Shown here: piece after piece, positions 48,301 to 62,088 of the stretch
Layout: each line of letters opens with the position of its first letter
Numbering within the stretch: position 1 is the first letter of the stretch
NCBI GenBank assembly: GCA_950097015.1
Contig: CATNEN010000025.1
Coordinates: 8,742,001-8,806,000 of the forward strand
DNA: 64,000 bases
Direction: 5' to 3'
Source: Macrostomum hystrix
Taxonomy: Eukaryota > Animalia > Platyhelminthes
Program-made: the position numbers and the translations under genes
Notes under the pieces: model-generated
Database searches by the model: none
What the model saw: the letters and a program-made list of their open reading frames with translations, nothing else
What the model was told of the DNA's origin: nothing

Positions 48301-49118
48301 TAAACAGCCCGTGCTGTTTTACACCTTCTTGTAAAATCTTGATATCTTATGAAACTTTGCTGAAATTCAAAAGCTGAAGGAGCAAGCTATTGAAAATGTA
48401 ATTCTTATCTATCATTGTTTTTTATTCACCGACTGGAATTACCTGGGTGGGACATCGGTTTTGGACCATATTAGAAGTGGAGGTGTCTATTTTATGCACC
48501 TGTTGTTTCTGCGGTTGAGTCCTATGAAAGGCAATATTTACTCGATTCTTAAATACCTTGTATGATTGTGGCTGTTTTAGTCTTTTGCAGCTGCTTTAAG
48601 AATACTTTATTATTGCTTTTGTATGACAGTTCTTCGTGAGTCACGTTAATCATCTATCTATTTTTCTAACATAGGTATTGTACTTGATTTTTTATTAACC
48701 TCATTTAACCTCATGGCGTCTTGTATCCAGCTATGTGCAATTTTCTAAGTAATTTTTGTGTATTCTAGTCATATTTATCTAAGTCACTTTGATAAATGTG
48801 GGACTGTTTTATGTGGGACTTCATTTTATCTATTCAAAAAACATCTGAAAAATGTCCTTTTGCACAAACATCTTTGCAATCATTTGTATTGATGTTCATT
48901 TTTATCTGCTTATTTGTGAAAGTATAGTATATAAAGTATAGTTAATATGAGTACCAATACTGTTGCGTTTTATTGAGTGGATTTGCTTGTTGTTATTAAA
49001 AAAATCGAAGTAGGCTTACTAGGAGCAATACAAGATGTACTTTTATGAGGCACAAACTTTTGCATCCTAACATCATAAATCTAATTCTTTAACTCTGTTT
49101 CAGAACTGAAAGCTTAAC

Positions 49119-52100
49119 ATGACTACAAAACTGAGCTCATTAATCGTTATTTCTCTGCTGCTGATCGGTAAGTTAAGTGGCTTGTTCGTTGAGGTTACAT
49201 AATGATATTGATTATTAATTATATTCGCTGATTACACTTGCCCGTTGGGGCTACATGTGCAACACAGCACAGCCGTAGCTATTGCGCGGCTCATCTGAAG
49301 GCAGCATGCAGCTGTTCAGTCCATGGACCGGGGGCCACACCTACCCTCAATTACCAGCTAGTACCCGTTTTACAGCTGGGTGAACTGAAGCAATGCTGAG
49401 TGAGTTGTCCTGCTAGTGGACACGAATTGTGCCAGCGAAGGCCGAATCGAACCCCCGACCGTCAAGTCGATTAGTTTGAGAAAACCACTAGACTACAAAC
49501 CTGATTTCATATAATTTTATTAAAAATCTGTACTATTAATTATTTATTAAACATTGTCAGATACTGCCAGGTCTGCGGTTTGGCACTGCATACACAACGT
49601 ACGCCACGAAGACTTCGTCAAAATCGGAGACATCAACGCGATTAGGGTGAGTAGTATGTTGCAAACGGCCTTTATCGACCAGAAGATAAGAAATCCTTAG
49701 ATTAAAGGATACTTATGTACTGAGTACGTAAGCGATGCCTTAAGAATAGCCAAGTAGGCGAGTTTTATAAGCACCCAGTTGTGTCAGATTTGCAGCCAAT
49801 AACAATAGACTGCGCTTCCAAAGGCTGTGTGCCTGTACGTGCACTGAGGAGGCCGCGACTCCCCACAAAAGTTTTTATCCGAGCTAATGCTGGCACTAGT
49901 TATATAGATGGCTGAATGTGAAGAAAATGCTATTTAAACGACTTGCTCAACCCCCAAGACACATTTAGCTTCTATTCGTGCGGTTCTATCCAGTCAGCTG
50001 CAAGGAGCCAGGATAAAATAAAGCTGCGTCTGCTGTTTCAGGTGATAACGTATGTCCGAGGCGATCCGGGCTATAGGAAGAACCTGGAGTGCAGGTATCT
50101 TCTGAGAGTGATCAACTATGACCAGCCCAGACAGATGTACATTGACGTGCCCGTGGTGGACTTTGACAACAATACTGACCCGTTTTGCAACAAAACCGAC
50201 GTGTTCAGCTTCTGGCATAAGTACAACGAGAGTGAGTGGCTTGGCTTAAGACAAAAGTTTCCTCTAAGTTTCCTCTCAACCCTCGACAATTCAACACTCC
50301 TATCAAGGAGAAATCGTTTATAGTAATTCAACTAAAACTCCGAGTCACAGTAATTTCGTCGGCTTTCGATGCAAATTAAAACTCTAACGTGGAAGTACAA
50401 GCAGGCAATGTGTGACTTTTTATTAAGGAAAATGTGGTGCTTTCGTTTTGGCTTTACGAGTGTAATTTTATTACTCTATAAATATTGCGAACATCTCTGT
50501 TTAATTATTATTGAGTATTCACAACAGCTGCTATCAGCCGACTGCACACATTTCAGCTGCTTGGCGGCGGGAGTCCTGGTGCAGTGAATCGTCCGTGTCA
50601 CGCAGTTTCCAATTCTTGCCGTTTAGACGGCAAATAATCAACTTGTGGGACTCGTGAGTAGCACTGCAGCTTCTTACTGAGCTCTCTTATGAGAATGCGA
50701 GTTGAGACCCTGCTGCTTCACTACCCACTTCACTCTGCAGGTCGTACTACCTGACTGCGGAATTCCAGTCTGACAATGAGCAAGTCCGCTCCGATGCCAA
50801 GGGATTGCAGATGAATGTGCAGGTGCTGGGCAGAAATTGCCACAGGAACATGCTGTATCTCGATAACTACTGCTACCTGGTCACTCCTGAGAATGTGTCG
50901 CCAGCTCAATCCAATCAGGTTGGAAAACTCTTACTCGGCAACTTTTTCACTGTCCGAAACGCCTCTTCTGGCCGGGATATCTTAGACTTTCTGCGCAGAT
51001 TCTCTGAGAGAAGTACGCATTTCTTTTTCGAATTTCTGATGAGGATATTTTTGCTCAATTGTGCTCAATCTTGTCACCTCTTTGCGCTTCCCTCAGACAA
51101 AGCCAGGAAAGACGAGTATCCTTACGAGTCGCCACTGGCCCTGACTAATCTCAGACTGTGGACCGGCTACTTTGTGAACGAATACTCCTTCAGCGAGGAG
51201 GACCCGGTCATGTTTTACTCAGATCCGATAGACGACTGCATTGTCAAGCAAGTGAAAGTGTGAGTGCTGCTTCTCTATCCTGATTCTAGTCTAAAGGATA
51301 TTGTAAATATCATATGGTTTAGAATGTCAATCATTCGATTTCAGGACTCGTGAGATTTTGACCGGCTGTAATAAAAACCCAGCGCCTGTAGCCCTTAATT
51401 GGCTTAGCAACGGCAGCGTGCATTTTTCCTGTGTGCCAGGCAACGATTCGATGCCAGCTCTGATCCAGTTCAGCCAGATTCCTAAAACCAAGGGCGACCT
51501 GCACCCGCAGCTGTTCCGCACCTGCGACATCGCGCCGCCAACAACGACTACGACTCCGGAACCAACGACAACTACAGCGCCGCCAACAACGACTACGACT
51601 CCGGAACCAACGACAACTACAGCGCCGCCAACAACGACTACGACTCCGGAACCAACGACAACTACAGCGCCGCCAACAACGACTACGACTCCGGAACCAA
51701 CGACAACTACAGCGCCGCCAACAACGACTACGACTCCGGAACCAACGACAACTACAGCGCCGCCAACAACGACTACGACTCCGGAACCAACGACAACTAC
51801 AGCGCCGCCAACAGCGACCACGACTCCGGAACCAACGACAACTACAGCGCCGCCAACAACGACTACGACTCCGGAACCAACGACAACTACAGCGCCGCCA
51901 ACAACGACTACGACTCCGGAACCAACGACAACTACAGCGCCGCCAACAACGACTACGACTCCGGAACCAACGACAACTACAGCGCCGCCAACAACGACTA
52001 CGACTCCGGAACCAACGACAACTACAGCGCCGCCAACAACGACTACGACTCCGGAACCAACGACAACTACAGCGCCGCCAACAACGACTACGACTCCGGA

Positions 52101-52929
52101 ACCAACGACAACTACAGCGCCGCCAACAACGACTACGACTCCGGAACCAACGACAACTACAGCGCCGCCAACAACGACTACGACTCCGGAACCAACGACA
52201 ACTACAGCGCCGCCAACAACGACTACGACTCCGGAACCAACGACAACTACAGCGCCGCCAACAACGACTACGACTCCGGAACCAACGACAACTACAGCGC
52301 CGCCAACAACGACTACGACTCCGGAACCAACGACAACTACAGCGCCGCCAACAACGACTACGACTCCGGAACCAACGACAACTACAGCGCCGCCAACAAC
52401 GACTACGACTCCGGAACCAACGACAACTACAGCGCCGCCAACAACGACTACGACTCCGGAACCAACGACAACTACAGCGCCGCCAACAACGACTACGACT
52501 CCGGAACCAACGAAAACTACAGCGCCGCAAACAACGACTACGACTCCGGAACCAACGACAACTACAGCGCCGCCAACAACGACTACGACTCCGGAACCAA
52601 CGACAACTACAGCGCCGCCAACAACGACTACGACTCCGGAACCAACGACAACTACAGCGCCGCCAACAACGACTACGACTCCGGAACCAACGAAAACTAC
52701 AGCGCCGCAAACAACGACTACGACTCCGGAACCAACGACAACTACAGCGCCGCCAACAACGACTACGACTCCGGAACCAACGACAACTACAGCGCCGCCA
52801 ACAACGACTACGACTCCGGAACCAACGACAACTACAGCGCCGCCACCAATCAGAGCAGTGCCGTCAGCGGCAATACTATCATTATTATTGATTTTGTTGT
52901 TGCCCTTGTTATCATCGTGGCTATTGTGA
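49119..52929 (+). CDS. CUB + C-type-lectin-like + mucin-stalk surface protein, copy 4 (813 aa predicted)
   Basis: Exons 49119-49167, 49561-49646, 50042-50231, 50557-50653, 50741-51012, 51097-51259, 51345-52929; translations match copy 3. Confidence 0.8.
51532..52844 (+). repeat. 45-bp coding VNTR, 29 units
   Basis: Unit count from ORF length. Confidence 0.95.
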
Positions 52930-55900
52930 TCGGTGTCGTTGTCTACTTTAGTCGTCAAAGAGGACAGCAGCCGCCATCAACTAATGGGGACTAGCCGCCA
53001 CTGCGGGGTAATCAGAAGGAGAAAAAGGCCAGAAGCCGCTACTGGGGACGAACACTCGGGATTTCAAAAGCGATAGAAACGCTGTGGCTAAGAGTGTCGG
53101 CTTGACTGTGGACAATGTCGAAGGCACTTTCTGAAGTCTGTTTGGTGGGCGCTTTTACTCATAATTTTGCATTGCCTAACAGCGTTGCTTAATTTTGTTT
53201 TGTTTATAAAGACAGAAATGTTTTTACGATCGCTTATTTCCGGTCTGCGAAGGAAGGAAAACCGGAATTGTCATTTTTCTGTTTTCATTTGAAATCTAAA
53301 ATAATCTGTAATGCATGCTGAAGAAGCAGAAGTGCCCCATTGTCAGTCGACCTTTCGAACCCCCGCGCGTGCGCGTATCTAGCTTGTAATTGCGATCCCC
53401 GCGACCCAGTTCCTGTATTCCCATGTTTTACTTCTCTGTTTAGTAGTAATTGGTGATGGAGCTAATGATATATTGATAAGGTTCCGCAATTAAATTTATA
53501 TTTCCCGAACATAGAATCCTTTTCCCCGGATTCCTATGATTCGAAATCCCCCATCCCCGGATCATTAATTGGTTAACTTGACTTGCTACATATCGAATTA
53601 AAGTAAGGATGCGAGAGGAAGCAGTCTATCTATTTGTGTGGTTATTATTATCATTAGTTAGAGGTTAGGATATAATTCTCCATCCTCAATACCGTTTTCT
53701 GATTGTTAGTTGTTAGATTGTTTCGTAATTGATTGTAGTAATTTGTCTGCAGCAATATATTTGAAGCAATACCTGTCTTTAATTTCACTATTCTAATTAT
53801 ACGTTCCTTAAATATTTGGGCTTAAGTTATTATTGTAGTGTCTGTTATTAATGCTTCTGATGACAGCTGTTGTATCTTAAATAACTGACGCAACGGAGAT
53901 TCAGATTTGTTAGACTTAGAGTAATAAGGAAAACACGCCGATAGGCGGCACTCGGCAGGCAGACGAATAGGAGTGTGTATTTGATATATTATAGCAATAG
54001 CCGTACGATATACGCATGAGTGCAGAGGTCGGGGCTTTTATTTATAGGCCCAAAGGCGTGTGGAGAGAGCATTCTAGAAAGTTACTAAAAATAGACTACA
54101 CGGGAAAGTTCTGGAACCAGTGATGGACTTAACGCCTTACGACAAAGAATAGAAATTTCTGGAAAGTTCCCGGAAATTACAGCAACAATAGTCTCAACAG
54201 CTGCAGCGACCCTTTTGACCCTTTCGGCCAATCGGCAATTTATTGGCCGATTTATAATATTTGTGAAGTTAAAATAGGAGGCCGCATCAAGAAAAAGATG
54301 TAGCTAGTTTAACCTGTCCTCAGGTGACGGCAATTCTTTCGGACTGTTCTAGACCTAGTGCCACGGCCATAGTATTCGCTATACCATTATCTTAGTTCCT
54401 TTCGGCTTAGGCTCTATAGGTTCTTTAGGTTCTCAGTGCAGCTTTTTCGAAACAGTTGCAACTAGTTAGCTGATTTAAAAGTAATTAAGCTAGTCATTTT
54501 GATCAAATCAAAATGCAAAAGTACTGAGAACACGTCTAGTCCTTTATAAAGCTGAGCTGCGGAGCATGCTCCATTTTATCTAAGATTGCAATCTCTGCTT
54601 GAACAAACACATGGGCAACGTTGCGAACACGTTGTCGGGCCATTGTCATGTTCCTGTGCCGCATCGCCAAGATCACCAAACTGAGCAGCGTCACTCTCAG
54701 GATGCTGTACAGGGCCTACGGTGAGAGTGCTCTCACCTACGGCGCCCCAATCTTGACTCTGATCTGCGTCACCAACCAGATCAAGCTGCAAAAGATCTAA
54801 ACCCTTGCTCTGCGCATCTGCTATGGTGTGCCTTCTTACCTGAGCACCGAATACCTTCACAAACTGGCCGACATGCCAATGCTCTCAGCCAGAGAAAGCA
54901 GCTCGGTGTGGCCTGCATGCATGCCTTTTTATTTCAATTTTTATTTCAATATTTCAATTTTTATTAGATCCCTTCTTTGTGCGGGATTTCCCCTGTATAT
55001 TTCTGCCTATTTTATCTCCCAATGCGTGCCTAAATATAGCCTTGCAAATATTGAATATTTTTTTGTTTCATTAAGGCTCAATATTCGCATAAAATAAGCC
55101 AAATCAAATCGAGTGTATATATATTATGAATTTCGATTAAATCCAATAATAGTCTGCGGCAGAGTTTTTCGAAACTGATCAGCAGCCCCAGTCAAATAGG
55201 GAATTCGTTTTAACAACAACCTATTATACCCTTGCCTCAACCATAACCCTAAACCTAAACCTAACCCTAAACCAAACCGTAACCCTAAACCTAACCTTAA
55301 TGTTGTGACTGATTGTGTGAGTACACTTGCCCTGTGAGTAAACCTAGCGTGAGTCACTTTATACACAAAATACAAGATACTAAATTGTGTATTTAGTATC
55401 TCCGTAATTAACCCGTCCAGTTTAACTAATCTTTAGCGGTATTCTTTAATTATTTGCGCGAATTCACTGAACAAGTTTCCAAGAAATTCGACTACTGCTT
55501 AATTCGACTTCTTTTTCTATTCCGGTATCACGCCGTATGCTACTATGGACTATGCTACTGTAAATATTTACTGCTTTGCCTTTATCACTTATTAGACTGA
55601 TGTAATATTTTATTCCTATGTTACAGTTCTTTTCATTATGACGTATTTAAATGATGTGCTCTGTGGCTGCTATCTGCAATTAATAATTAATAATTGATTA
55701 CACCTGCCCCAATTGGGTCAGATGTGCAGCCGACAGCACAGCCGCAGCTAATGCGCGGCGCATCTGAAGGCTGCGTACAGCTGTTCAGTCCATGGACTGG
55801 GGGGACGCCACACCCACCTTCAATTATCCCAGCTGATGCTGGTACCCATTTAACAGCTGGGTGAACTGAAGCAATGCAGAGTTAAGTGTCTTGCTAAAGG

Positions 55901-56438
55901 ACACAAATTGTTTCAGGGGAGTCGGGAATCGAACCCCCGACCTTCAAGTCGTGAGTCCGACGCCCTAACCACTAGGCTACAACCTCTGTTCAATCTGCAA
56001 TTAAAATAGGCCTACTTTGTCTATAGTCGGCTAGCTAGCTAACGATTAAATGCTGAACAGCGAATTATATAACTATTTGACAAGCTCCTATGATTTGGCA
56101 TTGCAAGCATATATGGAGCTATGCAGTAAATAAAAAACAGGCTAGACCTATTTCAGTTCTTATTGATTGAACAAAACTTAAGAGTGATTTAGCAAGTTTA
56201 GCTTAATGATTGCATCTGAAATAAAAAGCAGTTAGCTAGGCCAATAAACCATAATGCCGCAACCACAAGCATATTCACTGGCCACTATAGATGGTATTTT
56301 TGTGTCATTGGGCTCTTTCTATATTATTATGTCATACTCAGTTTTAACTTCATAAATTAAATTAGGCTATCATATTTATTACTTTTGTCCACAGATTTAG
56401 TACTGCTTCATAGACTAGCTAGGCCTATATTAATTATT

Positions 56439-57036
56439 GGCAATAGTGCACTTTTGTTAGCAAAATTATATTTTTTTAAATTGAAATTTTAAAACCAGAA
56501 AACAATAACAACAAAAAAAATTGTGTCTTAAACAATTATAACAATTGTGGCAGAGCACAGTCTCTCTTTTTAGCTCCCTGGTTGCCGAACTTGCCAACTC
56601 GTCATTGTGTTCTAGTGGCAGATACAGAGCTTGTCACTGGGCACTGTAGTAGTGGCAAATCCAGAAAAGCATGTTTCCGAAAGCCCTGTTTGCTCTGAAC
56701 AGTCGGCGCCACATAAACTTGTGGATGTGGCCCTCAAAGAGGGCATCGCTTGTTCCATGCATGGCCCTGAATTTGGCCTTGCAATGCGGCCTTAATTTGG
56801 CCTTACATTCCCTTGATTGTGTTGGTGAGTGTTGCTTAAACTTATGAGTTTATGTGGCACAAACAGCGACTAGTGTTACATTCCGTGGCTTGGTGACAAG
56901 TTCTGTGACCAGTGAGCTCTGGCACAGTTGCTAGAATCGTTTAAAACATCAATTTTTATCATTGTTATTGTTTTCTGGTTTTAAACTTTCAAATTTAAAT
57001 GAAATATAATTTTGCAAACAAAAGTGCACTATTGCC
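56439..57036. mobile_element. Non-autonomous DNA transposon (MITE-like, 598 bp) with long imperfect TIRs
   Basis: GGCAATAGTGCACTTTTG... / ...CAAAAGTGCACTATTGCC, inverted similarity over about 120 bp; perfect 8-bp TSD TAATTATT (56431-56438, 57037-57044). Confidence 0.9.
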
Positions 57037-57058
57037 TAATTATTTCTCTTTGTGCTAT

Positions 57059-58306
57059 CAGTGCTAGGCACTTCCGGTACTTTGTTACTTAGGAATTTAC
57101 ATTTTTCTTAAAGTGTTACTTTTTTAGTTACTTTTTTCAACTGCTTTGAACAGTACTGGGTAATGGAGTAGCCACTGGGTCACTATTGGGTAATGGAGTA
57201 GCAATAACAGAGGCTTTTCTCTGTAGTCTGGTCCTCGGGTCCTCTTTTAATAGCCAAAAGCCATTAGAAACTGCTACAACACTGCTCTCCTAGCTAGTGC
57301 TGCAGTTGAGTGTGCATTCTCTGTAGCCAAGGATGTCCTATGCGGTAAACATGTGTCCTGAGCAATAGCATGCTCACAATGCTCACAAGGAATTCATTTA
57401 TGCAGAATTCATTTATGCAGAATTCATTTATGCAGAATTTATGCAGATATAATTAAAAAATATTTTTTTAAATAAAGTATTTTTACAGCAAATAAAAAAT
57501 TGTTAGAAATTTACAATAAATTTTACTTTTTACTTCTTAAACACAATTTAACTTCCCTATTTACAATCCCAGCTTCATTCCATTCCAGTCTAACTCTTGC
57601 CCATTGTCAGTTGCCCATTGTTGTTCATTGTCATGTCACGACTCATGTCAATTCTCTTCCTCTACATCACTCTTCAACTCTTTTCAGTTGTCCATTTTCT
57701 AGTTGTTTCCATCCTTCTATCCCTTCTCTCCATCCCTCTCCTTTCTCCTCTCCTTTCTCCATTCATCTCATTCATTCTTCTCACACAAAAAAATTGAAAA
57801 TGGAAAAGTTCCCAAAGGTTGCAAACCTGTTTGTTTATGTTTTTGCATGTTTACTGTTTATGCATCAGTGGTCACACTGGCTATCAATCTATCATATCAT
57901 AATGCATATTCTAATATTCTATTCATTCATATTCACATATTGTATTGAAATTGACAATAAAATAGCAACCGACATCCTATGCCGAGAATAATTTTTATAA
58001 GTTTATAATATTTCAACTAACCTGTCCTGTCTAACTGCTAGGCTGCAACTTTCACACCTAGCTTTTAGAAAATATTCGCTATTTGGTCCTGGCAAATTTT
58101 AAGTAATTTAAATAAATTGTTTTTAAATAATTTAAAATCTGAAAATCCAAAAATCTGAAAAAAATGACATTAGTAACAAAGTAACAGACTAAGTAACGGA
58201 AGTTACCTAAAAATCCAAAAGTACCAGTTACAAGTAACTAATGAAAAATCATTTTTGGAGAATTTTTAAACAAAAAGTACCCTAAAAGTAACATTGCCCA
58301 GCACTG
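57059..58306. mobile_element. Non-autonomous hAT-like DNA transposon, 1248 bp
   Basis: TIRs CAGTGCTAGGC / GCCCAGCACTG; subterminal gttact/agtaac repeats; 8-bp TSD TGTGCTAT / TATGCTAT (7 of 8 match). Confidence 0.8.
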
Positions 58307-58487
58307 TATGCTATATTTATGCCAGTTAGGCTTCTCCCTTTCCACTTTAGGGTAGCATTCATTAACAGTAGGCAATGTTATACATTGTTTTGCTCAATTA
58401 TTTTTTAACCTGATTCGAACTCATGTGACCACATTAGTGTGTAGTATGATGTGGCAAGGGTCACACACATGCTGATATAGCTTTTGC

Positions 58488-60537
58488 GCCTTTGCGACCG
58501 CCCTGGGATCAGCGCAGGCGCCGGACTACAGCAGAATCAGCTCAGCCATCGCCACTGCCGCTGCCAAGACTCTGCCGCTTATGGAACCCGCGTCACGGCA
58601 ACTTCCAGTTTGGGCGAGCGACCCGGAGGTCCGTGAGGCCCGCCGCACTGTCGAGCAGCTGCGGCGAGCCAGGCGACCGATATCCGATGCCGAGAAGGCC
58701 CTGGCAGACGCCTACGCAAGTCGACAGAAAGCCGCTGTTGACGACGCGATCCGGGCTGTCACCTCTGTCGGGCCTGAACGGCAGAGCAGGGTCGTCTGGC
58801 CGGTCGTGAACGCCCTCACCGGTCGAAAAAAAAAGAAGGCGGCGCTCAACCCGGCTGGCGACACTGCCGAGGAGCGCAGAAACGAGCTGCATACCTTCTT
58901 CGCCGCCGTCGACTCTGCCGAACGAGATGCCGCTGCCCCCCCGAGGTGGCGCTACCGCGGCAGGAGGACTTCGACACCAGTCCAGTGACCAGCACGGACA
59001 TCGTGGAGTTCGCCCGCAGGGCACCGCGCCCCCGGTCCGGATGAGGTCCCCGTCGAGGCGCTGCGGGTCACAAGGGTTGCCACCGAGGTGGCCCGCGTGA
59101 TGAACGGCGTCCTGGCGGGAGGCCCTGCGCCCCGCGAGTGGACCCAGGCCACCATCGTCGGCATCCCGAAGAAGCCCGGCACTACGCGGAATGAGGAGCA
59201 TCGCGGGATCTCGCTCATGTCCTGTGCCGCGAAGCTGTTCAACCGGGTGCTGTTAGCACGGTTACAGCCTGTGCTGGACTCGTTTCTGCGGTACGAGCAG
59301 AACGGGTTCCGGCACGGTGACTCAGATCCTGGCCCTCCGCCGCATCATCGAGGAGGCGCGCATCCACCAGTCAAGCCTTGTCGTCATCTTTGTTTACTTT
59401 CTCAAGGCTTTCGACTCGGTGGCCCGCGGCGCGCTGCCTCACGTACTCCGTGCCTACAACATACCGCAGCAGCTGATCTCCGCCATCATCGCGCTGTATC
59501 AGGACACAACCGCTGTGTTAGCGACGCCAGACGGACCGTCGGACCAGTTCAGCACTACCTCCGGAGTGCTGCAGGGTGACACTCTGGCGCCCTTTCTCTT
59601 CGTGCTGGTGATGGACTGGGTGCTCAGGACCGGCCTGCCGACTGCAGAGGACGGTTTTCTGCTTCAAAGGCGCACTAGTCGACGGCACCCGAAGAAGAAG
59701 CTGTCTGTCCTCAGCTACGCGGACGACCTGCCCCGCTGTCTACGACGGCCGAAGGCGCCCAACGGCTGCTGGATGGCCTGACTGCGGCGGCGGCGAGGGT
59801 CGGCCTCGCTATCAACGCCATGCACAACGAGATGCTGACGGTGCCGCATAACCTACCTGCCGAGATTCGACTACAAGACGGTGACGGCCCGGGACCGGGC
59901 TCCCGAAGTGCCGTCAGTTCGTCTACCTCGGCGGACTGGTGCCTGACGTGGGCGACGACCTGGCGAGACGGTGCGGCAAGGCCTGGGCCGCCTTCCGTTC
60001 TGTGCGGGCGGTGCTGCTCTCCGAGGCCCTGTCGAACGGCGCCAGGTCCCAGCTGTTCCAGGCGGTTGTCGAGACCGCCCTGTTGTACAATGCTGAGACC
60101 TGGACGATGACCGGGGCGCTCGAGGCGCAGCTCGACGCGGCGCATGCGGCCCTAGTTCGCGCCGCTTTCGGTGCCCGACGCGGCCCTGGCAGCGAGACAT
60201 CCGATTCCCTCTACCAGCGTGCGTGCCTAACTCGGCCTTCTGTCCTGCTGAGTCAGCGGCGCCTGTGTCAGGCCGGGCATGTCTTCCGGGCCGAAGCCTA
60301 CTGCCCAGAGCCGCTGCAGGATGTCCTGCTGCGGACATCGCAGTGACCGCGCAGGCGCGGCCTGGGTCAATCAGCCCGCTATGTCGACCGTCTTTTTGAA
60401 GACGCCCGAGCACCCAGCCAGGCGGCCGGCGTGAAGTATGTCAGAGACCTGGCTCTGAAACGCGCGATTTGACGCTCCCCCCTCTTGGCCACTTTTGTGT
60501 TCGGCTTGGGCGTAACTATTATTATTATTATTATTAT
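58488..60537 (+). mobile_element. 5'-truncated, frameshifted RTE-clade non-LTR retrotransposon
   Basis: RT motifs WTQATIVGIPKK, HRGISLMSCAAKLFNRVL, EQNGFR, QILALRRIIEE, KAFDSV, GVLQGDTLAPFLF, YADD across several frames; (att)n tail at 60517-60540; TSD-like tatagctttTgc / tatagctttgc. Confidence 0.88.
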
Positions 60538-61952
60538 TATAGCTTTGCAAGGTTTTAAGTGCTGATGTGGATTTATTGGGCTTAAATGCCATAGACATGT
60601 GGGCTTTGTGTGCTGTTGCTGGGGATGACTAGTGGCAAAATATAAGAAGTGCATCTTGATTCTCCTAACAGCTAATATTTCTATGCCATGGCTGATTGGC
60701 CAGCTGCTCCATCTTGGATTGTGCCACCAAATGAGGTATGAGGTGCAGCAGAGTTACTGGATTTGTCAATGTCAACAATTACCTTTCGGGACATTTCATT
60801 ACTATTTTACTACCCACTACCTATTTCATTACTCTTCTGAATGACTGACCGACAGAGCATTTTCACTTGTTGCTATTTGTTTTTCCTTGTTCATTTCATT
60901 GTTTTCCAATATTCCCTGATGAGGATGTGCAATTTCATAAAAAAATAATTATGCAAAACAAAGTACAACATTGCCCATTGTCCAAGTGGCAAGACACTCT
61001 TCTCCTATTTGCTCATAGGCTAACTGGCTTTTTGTTAAGAAAAACCTTCTAGGCTTCTCATGGGCTGAAGTTGCTCAGCCTCACACAGGATATTTGTGCT
61101 TGTCACACAGGATATTTACTTTACTTATACTTATAGAATTTCTCTGGCCTGCTTTTTCTTCTTAGTCAAATAACACTTGAACACTTTGGGAATGGGCAAA
61201 GTTTTTCCAAGCTAGCAAGTGATTATATTTATAGCCATAATTTGAGGTGGGTGTCATAGAGCAGTTAAAGGTTAAAATATCAAAGTATTATGCCCCAGAG
61301 ATTTAAATTAGCATTTTATGATTATGTTATTATTAGCTTGTCACATATGGTTACTGGTCAATTTGGACATATGGCCATATTGCCACAGAAAATTTGGTTA
61401 TTGACATTGGTCTTTATGTAGACCTATGCATATGGCCACACCACATATGCAATGCTATATATACACTTGTATAACGTATATAAAATTGTGCTAGATTGTG
61501 AATGCCCTAGACTGAATAATAACTTTTTAAATCTCGTCAGATATCTCTATAGTTTAACATATGTGTATTAGCTATAGATGGCAATGCTCAGAATCATTGT
61601 TTGTCACTGCTTTGAGTTTACAAAGCCAATGCCTTGTCTAAAAAGTTAACAATTGTCATAAAATGGTTGCTCAATTAAAATGGTTGCAAAACTGACAACT
61701 GAACATATTTGTACAACTACAAGCTAGCTTTAAGAAAATATTAAGGGGACAAAGCTATGCAGGTGGAAAATCATTGGTGGAATACAGAAACAAAATTAAC
61801 AGAGTTAACAAAGTTATGACATTCTATATTTGTATTAGTATATGCTGGGAGCTAGGTATTATAATTTAGTTCTACAGAAGGAAAAAATTTAAGAGCAAGT
61901 ACTTTAGGTACTGACTAATAAATGTAAATTATATTTGCTTTCAACGTTTCAG

Positions 61953-62088
61953 CCAAATTAGCACTAAATATGCGAATTGAAAACATAGCTAATTATGAAG
62001 AGAAGGTGAAAGATTTTGCCTCCAAGCTTCAACCTGTGGACTGTCTGCTAGTGATTGAAAATGTCCGGGTCTTCAGTGGCTCAACAAA
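61953..62088 (+). CDS. Putative exon of unidentified gene
   Basis: tttcag| ... |gtgagt, stop-free (KLALNMRIENIANYEEKVKDFASKLQPVDCLLVIENVRVFSGST). Confidence 0.5.

Larger units (their letters stand above)
10070..56173 (+). repeat. Head-to-tail tandem segmental array, 4 units: 10070-19991, 19992-31992, 31993-43890, 43891-56173
   Basis: All unit contents recur at offsets of about 11.8-12.3 kb. Length differences among units 2-4 are explained by two internal VNTRs plus a 1-bp homopolymer. Junction gattgaACA|taatc occurs at 19991, 31992 and 43890. Confidence 0.97.

Noticed and set aside
10070-56173. The 12-kb unit as a Helitron or a gene-carrying LTR retroelement
   Set aside because: No TC...CTRR ends at unit borders, no Rep/helicase, the gene retains introns, and unit borders do not coincide with the LTR-like block.
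57500-57991. 163-aa ORF inside the hAT-like element
   Set aside because: Low-complexity pyrimidine-rich translation with no transposase motifs.
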